64,000 nt of DNA from Rhizophagus irregularis. Taxonomy: Eukaryota. Shown one piece after another: positions 27,673-40,537 of the stretch; position 1 is the first letter of the stretch; each line of letters begins with the position of its first letter. Location: contig NC_089436.1 of assembly GCF_026210795.1 (NCBI RefSeq), positions 1,054,001-1,118,000 on the forward strand, in the 5' to 3' direction. The notes under the pieces were generated by a model that was not told the DNA's origin, did not search any database, and saw nothing but the letters and a program-made list of their open reading frames with translations. The position numbers and the translations under genes were made by a program.

Positions 27673-27893
27673 GGGTCGCATCCATTCACTGACAGTCATT
27701 TCACCGACAATTATCTCATCACCGACAGGGTCATTTCGCAGACAAATGTTTTGATCTCATTGATAGGGAATTTAGGATTAGAGTTAGGGTTGGGGTTAGG
27801 TAAGGAAATTAGGGTTAGGATTAGGGTTAGGATAAGCGAATTAGGATTTCAAAACCGTCGGTGAAATGACTGTCGGTGAAATGACCAAGACCC
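27673..27893. mobile_element. MITE with GGGTC...GACCC termini and internal degenerate TTAGGG repeats
   Basis: Inverted arms built from GTCATTTCACCGACA units. Core 27771-27847 consists of TTAGGG/TTAGGA variants. Confidence 0.8.
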
Positions 27894-28573
27894 ATGTAAA
27901 TGATATAATTTTGATCGTATTTTTTTTTAATGGTTACGGTACGATTTAAAGACAGCCATTTCATTGACATGAAATTAACCGACACCATTTTGCTGACTTC
28001 CATTTAACCGATATGAAAAATTACCTAACTTCACACAGAACTGACAGAAATGATATTTTATTGATATAGAAATTACTCGACTTGCGAAAATTTATATTCA
28101 TCAACTATCTGAGCCTCACACCGACTTTCCCGAAAAAATGTCCCGAAATTCACGTGATTTCTTCATCAGCGGTGTCATACATAAGTATAGTTTTTTAGTA
28201 GAAAAATCCTATTCATGTCACCATTACGACATTCGGCTGAAATCAAGTATGGCGTACAGTGCATGTAACGTATAAATATTCATTTTTATATTTTGTATTT
28301 ATCGTTTTCTAATCAATAAAAAACAAAAGAGTTTTCATCGAATAAGTAATAATTATTTATCGTACGAAACAACTATTATAAAATTGGATGTTATTTATTG
28401 ATTAAATTAATTTTATTATTGCAATTTGAAAGTAAATATGCCTACAATTTTTTTAAAGTAGTAAAATCTTCTTTATTAATTGTAATTACAAAGGAATGTT
28501 ATGAGCAATTCCCCTTAAAAAATTAAGCGATTATCACGATCAAATAATTTGAAACTAAGGCGCAAAATAGTAT

Positions 28574-28659
28574 AAATATCGGTATAATTTTGACACAAAA
28601 ATATTTTCGAAGATTTTCATACGGATCTCAACATATTGTTATATCGGAGTTTGACTGTA
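28574..28659 (-). mobile_element. Tc1/mariner-pogo-like element end
   Basis: Reverse complement reads TA-CAGTCAAACTCCGATATAAC...CAAAATTATACCGATAT. A related end lies at about 58306-58382 on the + strand. Confidence 0.55.
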
Positions 28660-29686
28660 AGAATTAAAATACTAAATATAATCAACAAAATATATGTGCG
28701 CTTTTCAGGAATGTAGGAAGGTTAAAATCTAGATTATCAAGAAAAGGAGATTTCTAGATCATTATTTTCAAAAAAAATAATTTTTAATCGTATATTCCTG
28801 CTGGAAACGAGCAACGTCAATAGTGGATCATTTTTTTTTCTAGAAAAACTGATGAAACCTTTCAGGGATTTTTTATTTAGTAAAGAACTTCTCGTTAAAA
28901 ATTATTGTTGTATATCATAATAATAAAGATTCGAGACGCAGGACGCCAACTTGAGAGGTGTTTGTCTTTCTTAATAGTTCTCAAATGATGGCACAAATAT
29001 ATAATCAAAAATGTTAAAACACGTTTTTTATTTGCAAGGTTACATCTAGAAATAAAAGTAAAAATTCATCTTTTTTGCTTATCTTCCTGTTAGGTTAAAT
29101 ATATCTTGGCTGTTAAAATTATATTTATCCATACTTATATAAATCCCAAAAAAGTTTGGCGATCTTCTTGTATAGTATGTGAAAAAAAACGGAAAAGTAT
29201 TTTTAAAAATAATAAAGATGATAATCCATGATTGTTTAATTAGTATAGATATCCCTCGGAAAGGTGGGATGTCTGCGTTTACCTCAGCGACTTGGTGGTC
29301 TGATCTCTTTTTGTCTCACCCTTTCTGTATTACCTACCATAAACACTATTGTGATAAGATGATCCCATTTGCCCACCTGGACTAATGGCCTGACTACAGG
29401 AACATGCCACTATCTTTAACCAGTATATAAACTATAGACATATTAAATATGTGGTCTGATAATGAAAATATGCCATTGTTATAGTATTATTATTATCCGA
29501 TATATACTATAAAAATCTCGAGTATGATAAAAAAGAACCAATTTCTGTACATGAGAATTTTAAACCTAATTGTAATATATCTATCATGTTGTGCATATAA
29601 CGACTCCATCTCTCTCACTCTTCTTTCCTCTCCCTCTTCGCTTCCTCCCTTTCGCCTCTCCCTTACTTTCTTCATTACTTCCTTCC

Positions 29687-29788
29687 CCCCATAAAAAAAA
29701 ATTCCGAAAAAAACTCCGATAAATGATCATTTTTGGCGCCAAAAATGATCATTTATCGGAGTTTTTTTCGGAATTTTTTTTTATAGGG
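29687..29788. mobile_element. 102-bp spacerless palindromic MITE (two head-to-head family A ends)
   Basis: 51-bp arms centred on GGC|GCC (29737/29738), with a single mismatch at position 4. Confidence 0.9.
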
Positions 29789-30249
29789 CTTCTAATGAAC
29801 AAATACAGTATCAACGCTGGTTTACAGCTGATTTGAAATCTTGCAGTTTGCGTTAATCATTATATGATAAAATCATATAACTATAAGCAGGATATTATCA
29901 ATATATCTAAATAAATCATGGTTATGAACATGGTCGTTTTGTATGACTATTTGGAAATAACTAAGGGTCAGTAATTGAAATTTGTAAGTTATTAGATTTT
30001 TGAGTTTAAAACAAATTTATTAAAAATAATAAGCTAATTACACATTCTTAATTTGAAAATCGATTAGGGAATAATAAACAATATGAACAAAAAATATTAT
30101 CTAAAAAATCATTTAGAGTAGATTTCGTGTAAGAAATGGAATGAATTTAAAGGTAGGTGTGTAAGAATTATATAATTAATAGCCCCTTCCAACCATTGAT
30201 TTTACTAATAATTTTAAAAGGAATGTTGTTTGTGAATAGACATTAAGCG

Positions 30250-30470
30250 TGAGTAATGTTACACATCCTTACTTCGGCTTTCCTTATCCAGTTTTACCTT
30301 GAACCTTCTATAAAATTCATCTCTTTCTCAAAATCAATACACTCAAGATATTCAATAATGAATTCATCTATTATAGAATTTTTACTAGTCCAACTTTGGA
30401 ATTATTTCTTTTCGAAATTGCAGTATCGCAATTTATGCACCATGCTGCCACAATTTGTTGTCACAATTTA
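30250..30470 (-). pseudogene. Kinase-family N-terminal relic
   Basis: AAWCINCDTAI, SWTSKNSIIDEFI, EYLECIDF and IEGSR*..D.KAEV in broken frames. Confidence 0.7.
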
Positions 30471-30949
30471 GATACCTAGAACAAAAAAGATATTTTACCA
30501 TAAATTTGCTATGGTGATATCGTATAGTTGCCATTATTTACATACTTCGCGGCTTCTTAATTCAGATTCTATCTTTTTAGGTTGTAGAATATAGCACTAG
30601 TTAGCGTGATAACGGTGTTTATTGGAGGAAATTGTTTGTACGCTTGTATTATTTATTAAGAAATTGTACAAGAATACATGGTAGTGCCATGGAATCGTAG
30701 TTAAAGTTCGTAATTTGAATTACGTGCTATTGTGACTATAGTCATATAATCTTTTGAGATAGAGAAAGTGTGTACCGATTTTTTTTTGAAAAGAAAGTAT
30801 TTAGGAGAGAGAAGAGCAACGTGCTAGCTGATAATATTCACGTAAAATTATTGAGGTACTTTTGTTGATATCAAATATTTTTGTAGTATTAATCAAGTTT
30901 TGTAACCTGACATTCAAGTGAGAGAGCGAGAGAGAGAATGTTTTTATGC

Positions 30950-31100
30950 AATGAGTCTCGCAATGTTATCAGACAAGGAACTGTGGCAGAATGATACAAA
31001 ACTTGCAATACTACAATTTCAAGAGAAAGTTTCCGTAATTGGACCAGCGGAAATTCTATAATAGATGAATAAGTGTGAATCATTTAGTGGATTGATCAGA
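30950..31100 (+). pseudogene. Kinase-family N-terminal relic, divergent from the previous relic
   Basis: RQGTVAE*YKTCNTTISRESFRNWTSGNSIIDE*. Confidence 0.7.
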
Positions 31101-31836
31101 TAGAGAATGATAAATTTATTTTTTCATAGCTAAGACCGAAGAAAAATTTCGGTGTATTTTTACATACGGGTATAAATACAGTAGAGGACTGATTTACATA
31201 AAGAAAAAAAACGGGAGTAAATCAACAGGTTATGTTATACATTAGTATTCATTTCGAAAACCATTAAGGGTGACGATCATTTTAATATAAGCTAGAATAG
31301 TAAATGGGTAAATAATTTACCGTTATACTTAGAGAACTATACTTAGAGAACTGGTCAAATTTTTATTTCTTCTATTCAGAGGATTGTCACAACTTCATAT
31401 TTTTTTATTCAGGGAACTGGTCCTATTAAAACCATTATGCTCATAAATGGACTAATCGGAATAGATTTACATGAGGGCTAAAAATTATAACGTATTAAAT
31501 AAGCTAGATTTCTCGGTCTAATTATAGATGAGATAAAAGAAACTTCATTCGTTAATGATTTAAATAAAATAATGTTGATTAATTCTGATTGTGAGGGAAA
31601 TTACATAATTATTACATAACACCTTAGCGTTAACATTAAACCATAATTGTTTATATTACTTATTTAAATCTGTGCTTGTAAACGTAAAGATTTAACAGCT
31701 AAGGAAAAAGGAGTCAACTAATCTATAATGAATTAGCATTAAATGGAATTTAAAGAGTGTATTCCAACAAACTTTTTTTATAAAATTAATTCGGCCTTTT
31801 AATAAATTAATTATTTATTTATTGAACGCCATTGTG

Positions 31837-31953
31837 TTCCGACAGATGATTTCCCGACAAGACATAAGTTTTGCCAGAGTTATGCAGAGTTATGCACGAA
31901 CACGTGATCGAACGGCCAGCGTTAGGCTGACGGGAAAATGACCTGTCGGGAAA
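31837..31953. mobile_element. Degenerate MITE related to the 27673 element
   Basis: TTCCGACAGATGATTTCCCGACA versus the inverted TGACGGGAAAATGACCTGTCGGGAA. Confidence 0.5.
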
Positions 31954-34589
31954 CGGTCCGTAAGTGTTGTGCTGTAAGCAATTTGTCTTGTGATTATTCT
32001 GCAGAAACCATCTTACTTTAGTAATCATCAAATGATAACTTTAGACGAATTAAACAAGGAAGCAAAACTTTGTTTTGTTACGTTAGTAGATTAGTTTTTT
32101 TATGTTACACCCATTTTATTGCGCTAAAATTTAATCGGATTGACTTTTAATTCGTATCAAAGCTAGGGAATAATAGAAAATTTAATTATTATTATCTATT
32201 TTTTTTTCATTTGATTAAATATTTAAAGATGGGAACCCAAACAATCATCAATATTAATGTTGACCTTAACCTTTAACCTTTACTATGTAACATTGAATAA
32301 AAGTCATCAGACAGACAGACTTTCAACTAAAGCTATAGTATGGACTCGAAATTAAGACCATTCCATGCTCGACACCTCTTTTACTTATGTTAAGTTACTG
32401 TAAGTTATGATATATCAATATTTCTATTGTAAATATTCGCTACACAATTCTCTAATATCAAATTGTTCTAATTTTATTCGTAAACATGGTTTCTATTTGA
32501 CATAACGAAAGATATTACGCCAAATTTGTTTTATTTTATTTGTTTTTCATTAGGTCCGTGTATCAGCATATTATTCAATTGAAACCATTTTTGCTTTCTT
32601 CCGTCTCTCTTTATTAAAGAAGCTATTTTATATTCCCTCACTTGAAAGCAAAGCGTGTTTTAATTGAAACCGCCGGATACATGGACCCATTGATAAACCA
32701 ATATCATCTAATAATTTTTGGAGCAATAATAATCCTTCAATGCTCACGCATATCTTTAAGAATTTCGCTCATAATTTCATTAAGAAAGATACAACATACT
32801 AGAATCCTTTAATTTTTATTATTTCATTTAAGTTTTTCTCTCAAGGATCGAAAGAAAATCTTCAGTTAGTGCATGATTATGGACATTATTATCTAATTAT
32901 ATAAGCATTCTTTAATTTAAAATTATTAAGCATTCATATCGTCATAGTTAAATAGTATAAAAAGAAATTATGAATATGTATATATGCTCTTACTATTATT
33001 TCAAGTTGAATTATAATGCTATTTATGAACTGATCAACAGACATTTACAATCTGCTATTTAAACTCCAAAATTGGCAAAATGTTACAAGTAAAATATCTC
33101 ACAAATAATTATGTAACAACACCTTAAAATTACATAAGAATCTTGGAATTTTAGCAAATTTCAAGGAATTTATTTCACTTTTAATTTATATCATTATTCT
33201 TTAAAATCATCTTTAAGAATCTTAAAGTATTGAATATAAAAATAGTAATTACGTACAATATCTTATTTATTTATTAGTAACTTTATTTTGAAACGGTGTC
33301 AGATTTTCTTTTTTCTGCCGTTCTTAGGTTCTTTTAGTCAATATGAAAGAATCCGAATACTGTAACTTTTACCGTGCTTTTACCGAGTTTTCTATATCTA
33401 TAACATTTATGTAACAATAAAATAAACCATGTACGTCATAGATTAATTTAGAATTTTTAAACGCTATCTATTTAAAGCATAAAACAGGTTTTAAGTGCGT
33501 ATACTGTATCCAAAAATTCTAACTGAATAAAGGTTTCATGCCAATCTTTGTATATATGTATATATTTCTTCGCTACAAAGAAACAAATAAGTTATTGATC
33601 ATTGGTCATTTATCTACACTATCACAAAGAAAGGGGTGCATTTAGAAATTTTATTTCCAATGCTCCTTTTTTAAAATAGTTTCATTAAATGTTTGTATAA
33701 ACTAAACTACTCATGTGCAAATATTTTGTGTGATCTGCAAATAATTATTAACGATTATTATTAATGTATTTAATGTACTTGTACATTCAACGGCAATGAC
33801 CGAAATACTATAACTTAAAACAACAATGAACTGATAAATAAGAGATAATAATGAATTATTGTAACGAATCTAACGAATCGGATTGTATATTCATTTTTAT
33901 ACTTCTTTTATACTTCTTTATTGCGTCTATAACTTATTCAGTTAAATTGAAATAACTTTTTAATTAAAAAGCTAAAAATAAATTTATGCCGTCAGATCCA
34001 TCTTTTCATTTTATTTTTCATATAAATATAATATTTTTTCCCAAGTTGACATCAGTTGACATGACATGTTCATTGATTATATGTTATACTTGTTATAATA
34101 AAAATGATGCAATACGTGAATAAAATAAGAATTCGTATTACTTTTTATAGTTGATTATTGATGTAAAATGGTAATCATACAATCTCTTTTTTTTGAAAAA
34201 AAAAAAATATTTTGTTCGCCTCCCTGATTCATGCGAACAATATTCCGATGTGCAAAAATTATGATACTGCAACATTGACTAATTCTAATAATGGAAGGTC
34301 ATAAAATTTTAAATAATCCTTTTAATTCTTTTGAAATATTTGTCGAAATCAAGCAGAAAAGACTGGTGAAAATTTTATGGATTCACTAGATTTAAACGGT
34401 ACGGATTTAATGGATGGGATTCTATTAGTTCGACTATTATACAAGTAATGAAATCTGGTAAGTTTATTAGAATTTGAATACCATGTTATTTATTCTTCGG
34501 GCGCAGTCTATTTGGCACGTGATTCACGTGATGAAAATGTAATTACATTTTTACAGATGATGTTAATTCAACATCGTACAATATGCAAA

Positions 34590-35015
34590 TTATTACATAA
34601 TTCTTACTCATATCTTGAAGAGTTTATGGTTGAATAAATAGTGGATATGCTTTACGGTCAGTATTCGCAAGCCTTTGTTTGTCATTCATGAGTTTGGTCT
34701 TCGTAGACATAATATATAGAGATATTATATTAATTAAAACGAGAAGTCAGATGTTAAAATTACGGATACTGGATTACGTGCATGGACTTAGTTATTAACA
34801 ACTAATATCATCGATCCTTAACAAAAATTTGCCAACCAAAGAAACCGATGGATAATATTAAACCTCACGATAAACAACTTAGATTAAGATCAAGTACTGT
34901 GAGTAGAGTTCCTATTTTGCGACTGCTGAAAAAATTAAATTTGTAAATTTGAAAAATAATTAATTATTTTAGCATATCTTGAAAAACAATTGTTTTCATT
35001 TGTCTCGCATTTAGC
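34590..35015 (+). pseudogene. Heavily deleted kinase-family relic (catalytic exon)
   Basis: Colinear fragments YSYLEEF, IHEFGL, DVKITDTGL, NLPTKETD, PHDKQL and DTAEKIKFVNL. Confidence 0.7.
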
Positions 35016-35695
35016 ATATTTGCTTTGGGTTTATATTAATTGATTGTATATGTTTCCGTTCGCTTTATAATATTCCTCCCAAAAATTATTTATTAAAGAT
35101 CGTTCAATAGTATACGCACTTAGATGACAAGGACAACTACGCAAAAAAAGCCGTATTTTAGTACTAGCAGTAATTTCATTTATTAATATCAAATCTATAC
35201 AAATTTCTGAAGAAGAAGCACAAAAGCAGGTTACTAATATTTTATCAAAATTGAATATCAAATCCATAATCATTTACTATTATTAGTTGCACAATTTTTT
35301 TTAGTTCTATTTAACTCCAGTTCAGACATTCTTTCCCTTAATGGATCACTTTCATAATATCCTTTTGTATTATCTAATCCTTTCGAGAATCATTACCACA
35401 TTATTAATTAATGATGAAGCGCTTGAAGGATCATGCGAGAGAAATTTTTTTCTAAATATGTAAAAAGTAGACTATTAGTTGATCTAAAAATAATTATAAA
35501 AGTAAGTTGTCTATCTACTATTTTGTTTTATTGTTCCAAATCACGCTGTTCATAAACAATCTTTGTATGGTCAATATCTGCAGGTTCTATTTTACGAACG
35601 TTGTTCTCGTTCACGAAACGATAATATATCAAAATTCAGTAAACCAGATGATTAGAATTCGTAAATTTGGGATTCTGTTGTTGATTAATTAGTAA

Positions 35696-35945
35696 GGCCG
35701 TTCCAACTTGATTGTTTGTTTAACGTACCTCACCCGTCTCAACTTTTTAAAAATCTCAATGTTGATAAACATATAATAACACGTGTTTCTTCTAAATTTA
35801 CAGATTTCTGAATTTTCTGAAATTTCCCGATTTTTCCCGATTTTTTCCAAAGGTTTATTACATTTAGTTTGTTTAATTAAAACCCTCTCCCCTCAAACTT
35901 TTCAAAAAATCTGGACGTCAAACAAACAATCAAGTTGGAATGGCC
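35696..35945. mobile_element. PIF/Harbinger (Tourist-like) MITE
   Basis: TIR of about 31 bp, GGCCGTTCCAACTTGATTGTTTGTTTAACGT / ACGTCAAACAAACAATCAAGTTGGAATGGCC. Flanks are TAA and TGA. Confidence 0.85.
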
Positions 35946-36645
35946 TGACTAAAAATTGTAACATTAATCTAAAAAAAAGCAGGCGGAGTTTAGTGTTTAG
36001 ATAATTCCGTTAATAGCATTTTACGTTGTTTGTAATATTCTTTTATCAATGCGAAATAAATCACATTTGTGTAGTATGCGATCTATTTATAATTTTTCGC
36101 GTTTATTATTAATAAAAGAAATTTTTTATTTTATATGAAAAAGCTTCAAGGATGAATATCAATTTTGTTTATATATTGACCATTATAATTATGTCATAAA
36201 AAAGATATTATGTCCCTTGAAAAAAGTTAATATATATATTAAAAATTTTAAATAAATGTATTTTTGTAATGAGATCAGCCGAATCCAAAATCCCCGACAG
36301 GTACCAAATCCCGAAAAATTGGCCCACATTAAGCTTTAATGCTGCCCGAAAGTCTCTCTGTAAAGTTTTGGATTTCGATGAATTTATCTCATATTTATAG
36401 ATTGGTTGTTTATAACGATAATACATTCATCTTTTTTTCATTTACTTTTTCGTGAATAAATGTCTTCAGGAAAATAAAGTGATTTATTTATTGCGTTACA
36501 ATTAATATCAGTTACTTGAATGATAATGATAAAGTGATAATATCTTGAAAAAAAAAGATCATTAAAATAAAAATAATTCGTTTAACCGTTTATTTTTCAT
36601 TGCGCGTTGGATACTTTCTTATAAAAAATGGTAATCGCTACCACC

Positions 36646-36712
36646 TTCGGCAAAATGTCCATTCGGCGAAATGGCTTTGGCGAAATGGGTTTTGGCGAAA
36701 TGTACTGTAACC
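36646..36712 (-). mobile_element. Solo end of the 25092 foldback family
   Basis: Tandem TTCGGCGAAATGG units ending GTACTGTAACC, the reverse complement of the 25092 terminus. Confidence 0.7.
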
Positions 36713-38299
36713 AAAAATATAGTACATTCGATAGGCTGATTAAATTGATATATTTTATTTTATTTTATTTTATTTTATTTTTTCTTCACAATTTAAATTG
36801 ATATATTTTATTCCCAATTTAATTTAGAAATTGCGTAAAATAATAATCATGATTTTATTAATTAAACGAGAATTTATGTTTCAATTAACTAAGCTTAATA
36901 AGGAATCTTAAATGAACTACTTATGACAAAAAACGAAATTGATTTAGGATGCGTGATAAAAAAAGGGAATAAAGTCTTAATATAATTTTTTATGGTAATA
37001 TTAGTAAATTAATTTTGCTTCAATGAAATATGAAATACCGTATTTAACTTACAGTACATTTGTTAATGTTATCAGCTAATTATTATAGCTCAGGATTAAG
37101 ATTAACAGTGAAACTTTACATATTTTCGCTAGATTAATGTTACAATGTTTAGATGCTAGTATATCAAACAAAATAAACAGAATTTTTGTTACATTAAACC
37201 AAGCATAAATGGTTTCATTTAAGATGGTTTTGTAATGTCCAATAATCGCTGGAGCTGTAACCGCCATGAAAAGCTTCTAATCAAGCCCAGTAACCAACCT
37301 AGACATATAGCATTTGACTCTTATAAACAAATAATTAAGAACATAAACAAACCGGTTTTATAGTTTAAGACTTATGGAAATAAAATAAGTTCGCTCAGTA
37401 AAGGAGTAGCGAATTTTGTTGTGATAATAGTTGGTCAAAATAGCTTATGCGTGTAGTCCAGTGGCTTCAACCATAAACTTGACTGATTCATAAAGTAAAA
37501 TCTTAATGAGAAATATTATAATCATACCATAAAAAATATAAGAATAATTTTCTTAATAATCTGAATTTGAATGCAAGGGCTTCATTATCCTTATATCTGT
37601 CTTTGATCTTATTAAACTTTTCATGAAGGCTATCTATGTCCAAAAAATAATTTCTATGTATCGAACATAATTTTCCAGATTATTAGTGAGCTGAATTCTC
37701 TTTATATATTTCACATGTTCCTTGACGACTAATTAAAGACAATAAATTCCAATCCATTTTATTGCCTTCCTTTTTTTTATGAATTATTAGTAAAGATGAA
37801 TGCGAATTTGAAGATTATAAAAGGAATAAAGGATAATGAAGGAATTATACAACTAATGGAAATGATTGAGGCCAACTAACCTATTGATAAAAGAATCATC
37901 TAATAGGTGCATTCTCTAGTATTTGTGCTACTAGTGATATTTTTTAATGACAACACTGATAGAATTAAATGAATGAAAGAATCAATTACTTTTTATGACA
38001 CACGTATATTTACTTCTTCAATGCCGGCGGCATCTGATGAATCAATAGAACAAGGAACTTCGTAAATGCTGTTGGCTTAATTAAGCTAGCATCTAAACAT
38101 TGTGACATAAATCTAACAAAAATAGTGAAGTTTCGTTGAAAACACTCAATCGTCGTCTGGTTATTTTCAGCTAACACATTTCCTGACTATTGAAATATCA
38201 CCATGTCCTTAAGACTAGCTTATCTATTTACTCGTCGAAATATGAACATAAGTTTTAATGTCTCAATGTCATTTATCTAGCAAATTAATTAAAAAATGT

Positions 38300-38463
38300 T
38301 GATCCGTGTTTAAATTTCCATGTTTTTTCGTGAATTCATTTTCATGGAATTTATAACCTTCATCTTTCTAACACGGATATCCGGGAATGTATTATTTTCA
38401 CTGAATTTTTACAAATGCCACGGAGAAATAATGAAAATATTCGGATAAAAATTTTTTATAGGG
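38300..38463. mobile_element. CCCTA-type MITE family C right end
   Basis: ...CACGGAGAAATAATGAAAATATTCGGATAAAAATTTTTTATAGGG is nearly identical to 62870-62916. Confidence 0.7.
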
Positions 38464-39241
38464 CAGAAGTCAAGAACGCGTAATTTAAGATATAAGTAAT
38501 GCGACGTGGTACATTGTTAATAAGTAATTACATCTTTCGTTTATTAATTATTAGTGTTGCAGTTCATTGTCTTAGAGAGACCGGAAGGGTCTGATGAATG
38601 AGACGAAGTTTAAAAGAATGTTTTTTTTTTTTAAAAAAAAGAGAATTTTGAATTTTGTTTTCTAAAAAAGAAAAATCTTTCTTTTTATTCATTTCCTGAC
38701 ATTAATTCACAATATATTATTATATAAAATAAAGTTTTATTATATTAGCACCATTATCTTTTGTGGAAGTAACCTGAACCAAACCTAAAGTTTGTATTAT
38801 TTGTGTATTTTTATACCGAGTAAATAAGGTAAAGTGGTTCCGGGGAATTCCTTCCTATCCCGCGTTTCTAATGACTAATTTGTATAATCAATAATTTCTC
38901 AGTGGGGGTTCTAGTCAGGGATATTAAAACAAAATGATGTCCTAATTAAGGTAATCTATATCCAATACTATTTCGTGAATCGTGATACATCAGGACATTA
39001 CCGAAGTTAATTTACGTTTTAAAATATAATTAATAGATTTATTTTTAATTACATAAATCCAACAGATATTACTAATTACTTAATAAGATTATAAAAAACA
39101 AAAAGAAAACGCGTAAAAAAATGGACATTTATTAAATAAATGAATTGCATAATTAAAAGTCATATAAAATAGCAAAATTTTTTATTTGTAGTCCTGGCAA
39201 AAGCCGTAATTGCGGTGAAAATATTATATGTTATTTGAATA

Positions 39242-39419
39242 TAGGGGTGCAGATTTTTCTTTTTTTTAGCTACGTCACTCATTAAGTCAATGAAAGGTTG
39301 TAACTTGTAACATAGCTCGATATTAGACCAATTATTATAAAATTTTATGTGAGCATCTGCAGTGACATTACTTACGTACTTTTTTTACTGCAGTTACGTC
39401 GGTAAAGTTTGCACCTCTA
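39242..39419. mobile_element. hAT-type MITE with perfect 8-bp TSD
   Basis: TIR TAGGGGTGCA / TGCACCTCTA with TSD TTTGAATA on both sides. The internal sequence recurs without TIRs at about 39742-39865. Confidence 0.9.
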
Positions 39420-40350
39420 TTTGAATATAAGATTATAATTTATAATACTAATTAGCCTTTAGAATATTAAAAAAACAATCTGTCCAAAACGCCGAAAAGT
39501 TATAAATTTGCGTTTTTTATTTAAAAAAAAAAAAAACTTCTTATCTTTTAATTACCTTGTACTATAACTGGTTTTTTTTATTTTACATTATTGTGAAAAA
39601 TGCTTGATTTCATTTTCCCATCAACAAGAGGTAACATTACACAATTATTAACACCTTTGGAAATTAATGGTTAGCTTTCAAATACTTTCATGGAATTCTT
39701 TATTTGCACATGTTGATGCAGAAGGTGGCTAATTAGGTTTCCTTTTTTTTTAGCTACGTCACTCATTAAGTCAATGAAAGGTTGTAACTCGTGACGTAGC
39801 TCGATATTATATAAAAATTCTATGTACAGTGACGTTATTGACGTAACTTTGTTACGGCAGTTATGTATCAAAAACTAAAATATATATATTTTTTGTTCCT
39901 TTAAAAAATTAAATAAAGAAAAAAAGTCATATTTCATTATAATAAACAACCGCCGGCGCCCGAAATATATGAACAGTAAAATATAAAATTATGATTAAAT
40001 GTTATCACAAATCAAATGTGCAAAATAAATGGTTTAATACTTATAGGAAAATGTTTACTATAATTATGATCAAGTATATGTTCGAAAACAGTTAATTACT
40101 AGAAATAAATACATAATTAAAATGAACGTAATAAGTAATGATAAACGATGAAAATAAGAAAAATTGTATAATTGGAGAGAGGCAATCATAAAATTGAACT
40201 TAATTGCATCATACTCCTTTGTTTATTTCATATTTTATCAATTGCAGAAATGAGAATTTAATTTCTTCGGATCTTCAAATAAGTATTCGGTAAATAGGAA
40301 CATCACAATTGGGACTTAGTTTTCGTAAAGGTGAGATGCTGTTCTTGAAT

Positions 40351-40537
40351 CCCTATAAAAAATTTTATCCGTTATTTCTATAAAAACTCCGTAAAAATGA
40401 GCCTTTCACGGATCCATTCACGGAAAATGTAAATAATTCGATAAATTCTGCGATATAAGGTTATTAATTCCGGAAACATGAGCCTTTTACGGAAAAAAAA
40501 ATGGAATATAAAAAACGGATTGACTTTTTTTACGGGG
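40351..40537 (+). mobile_element. CCCTA-type MITE family B
   Basis: TIR CCCTATAAAAAA / TTTTTTACGGGG with flanks AAT/GAT. Inverted homologue at 62576..62759. Confidence 0.85.

Noticed and set aside
27771..27847. True telomere, or the ORF 27601..27864 (LGLELGLGLG / RVRIRVRI)
   Set aside because: Short, degenerate, internal and enclosed by TIRs. The peptide is just the translated repeat.
29490..29690. ORF 29493..29675 with an E/R/G-rich start
   Set aside because: Translation of a CT-rich low-complexity tract.
32640..32780. Possible further kinase relic (IIAPK, DIGL-like words on the minus strand)
   Set aside because: The fragments are too short and not in canonical order.
38570..38612. Possible hammerhead ribozyme (hairpin followed by CTGATGA...GAAG)
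   Set aside because: No GAAA core and no convincing stem II or III. The same applies to CTGATGA at about 28849 and 38034.
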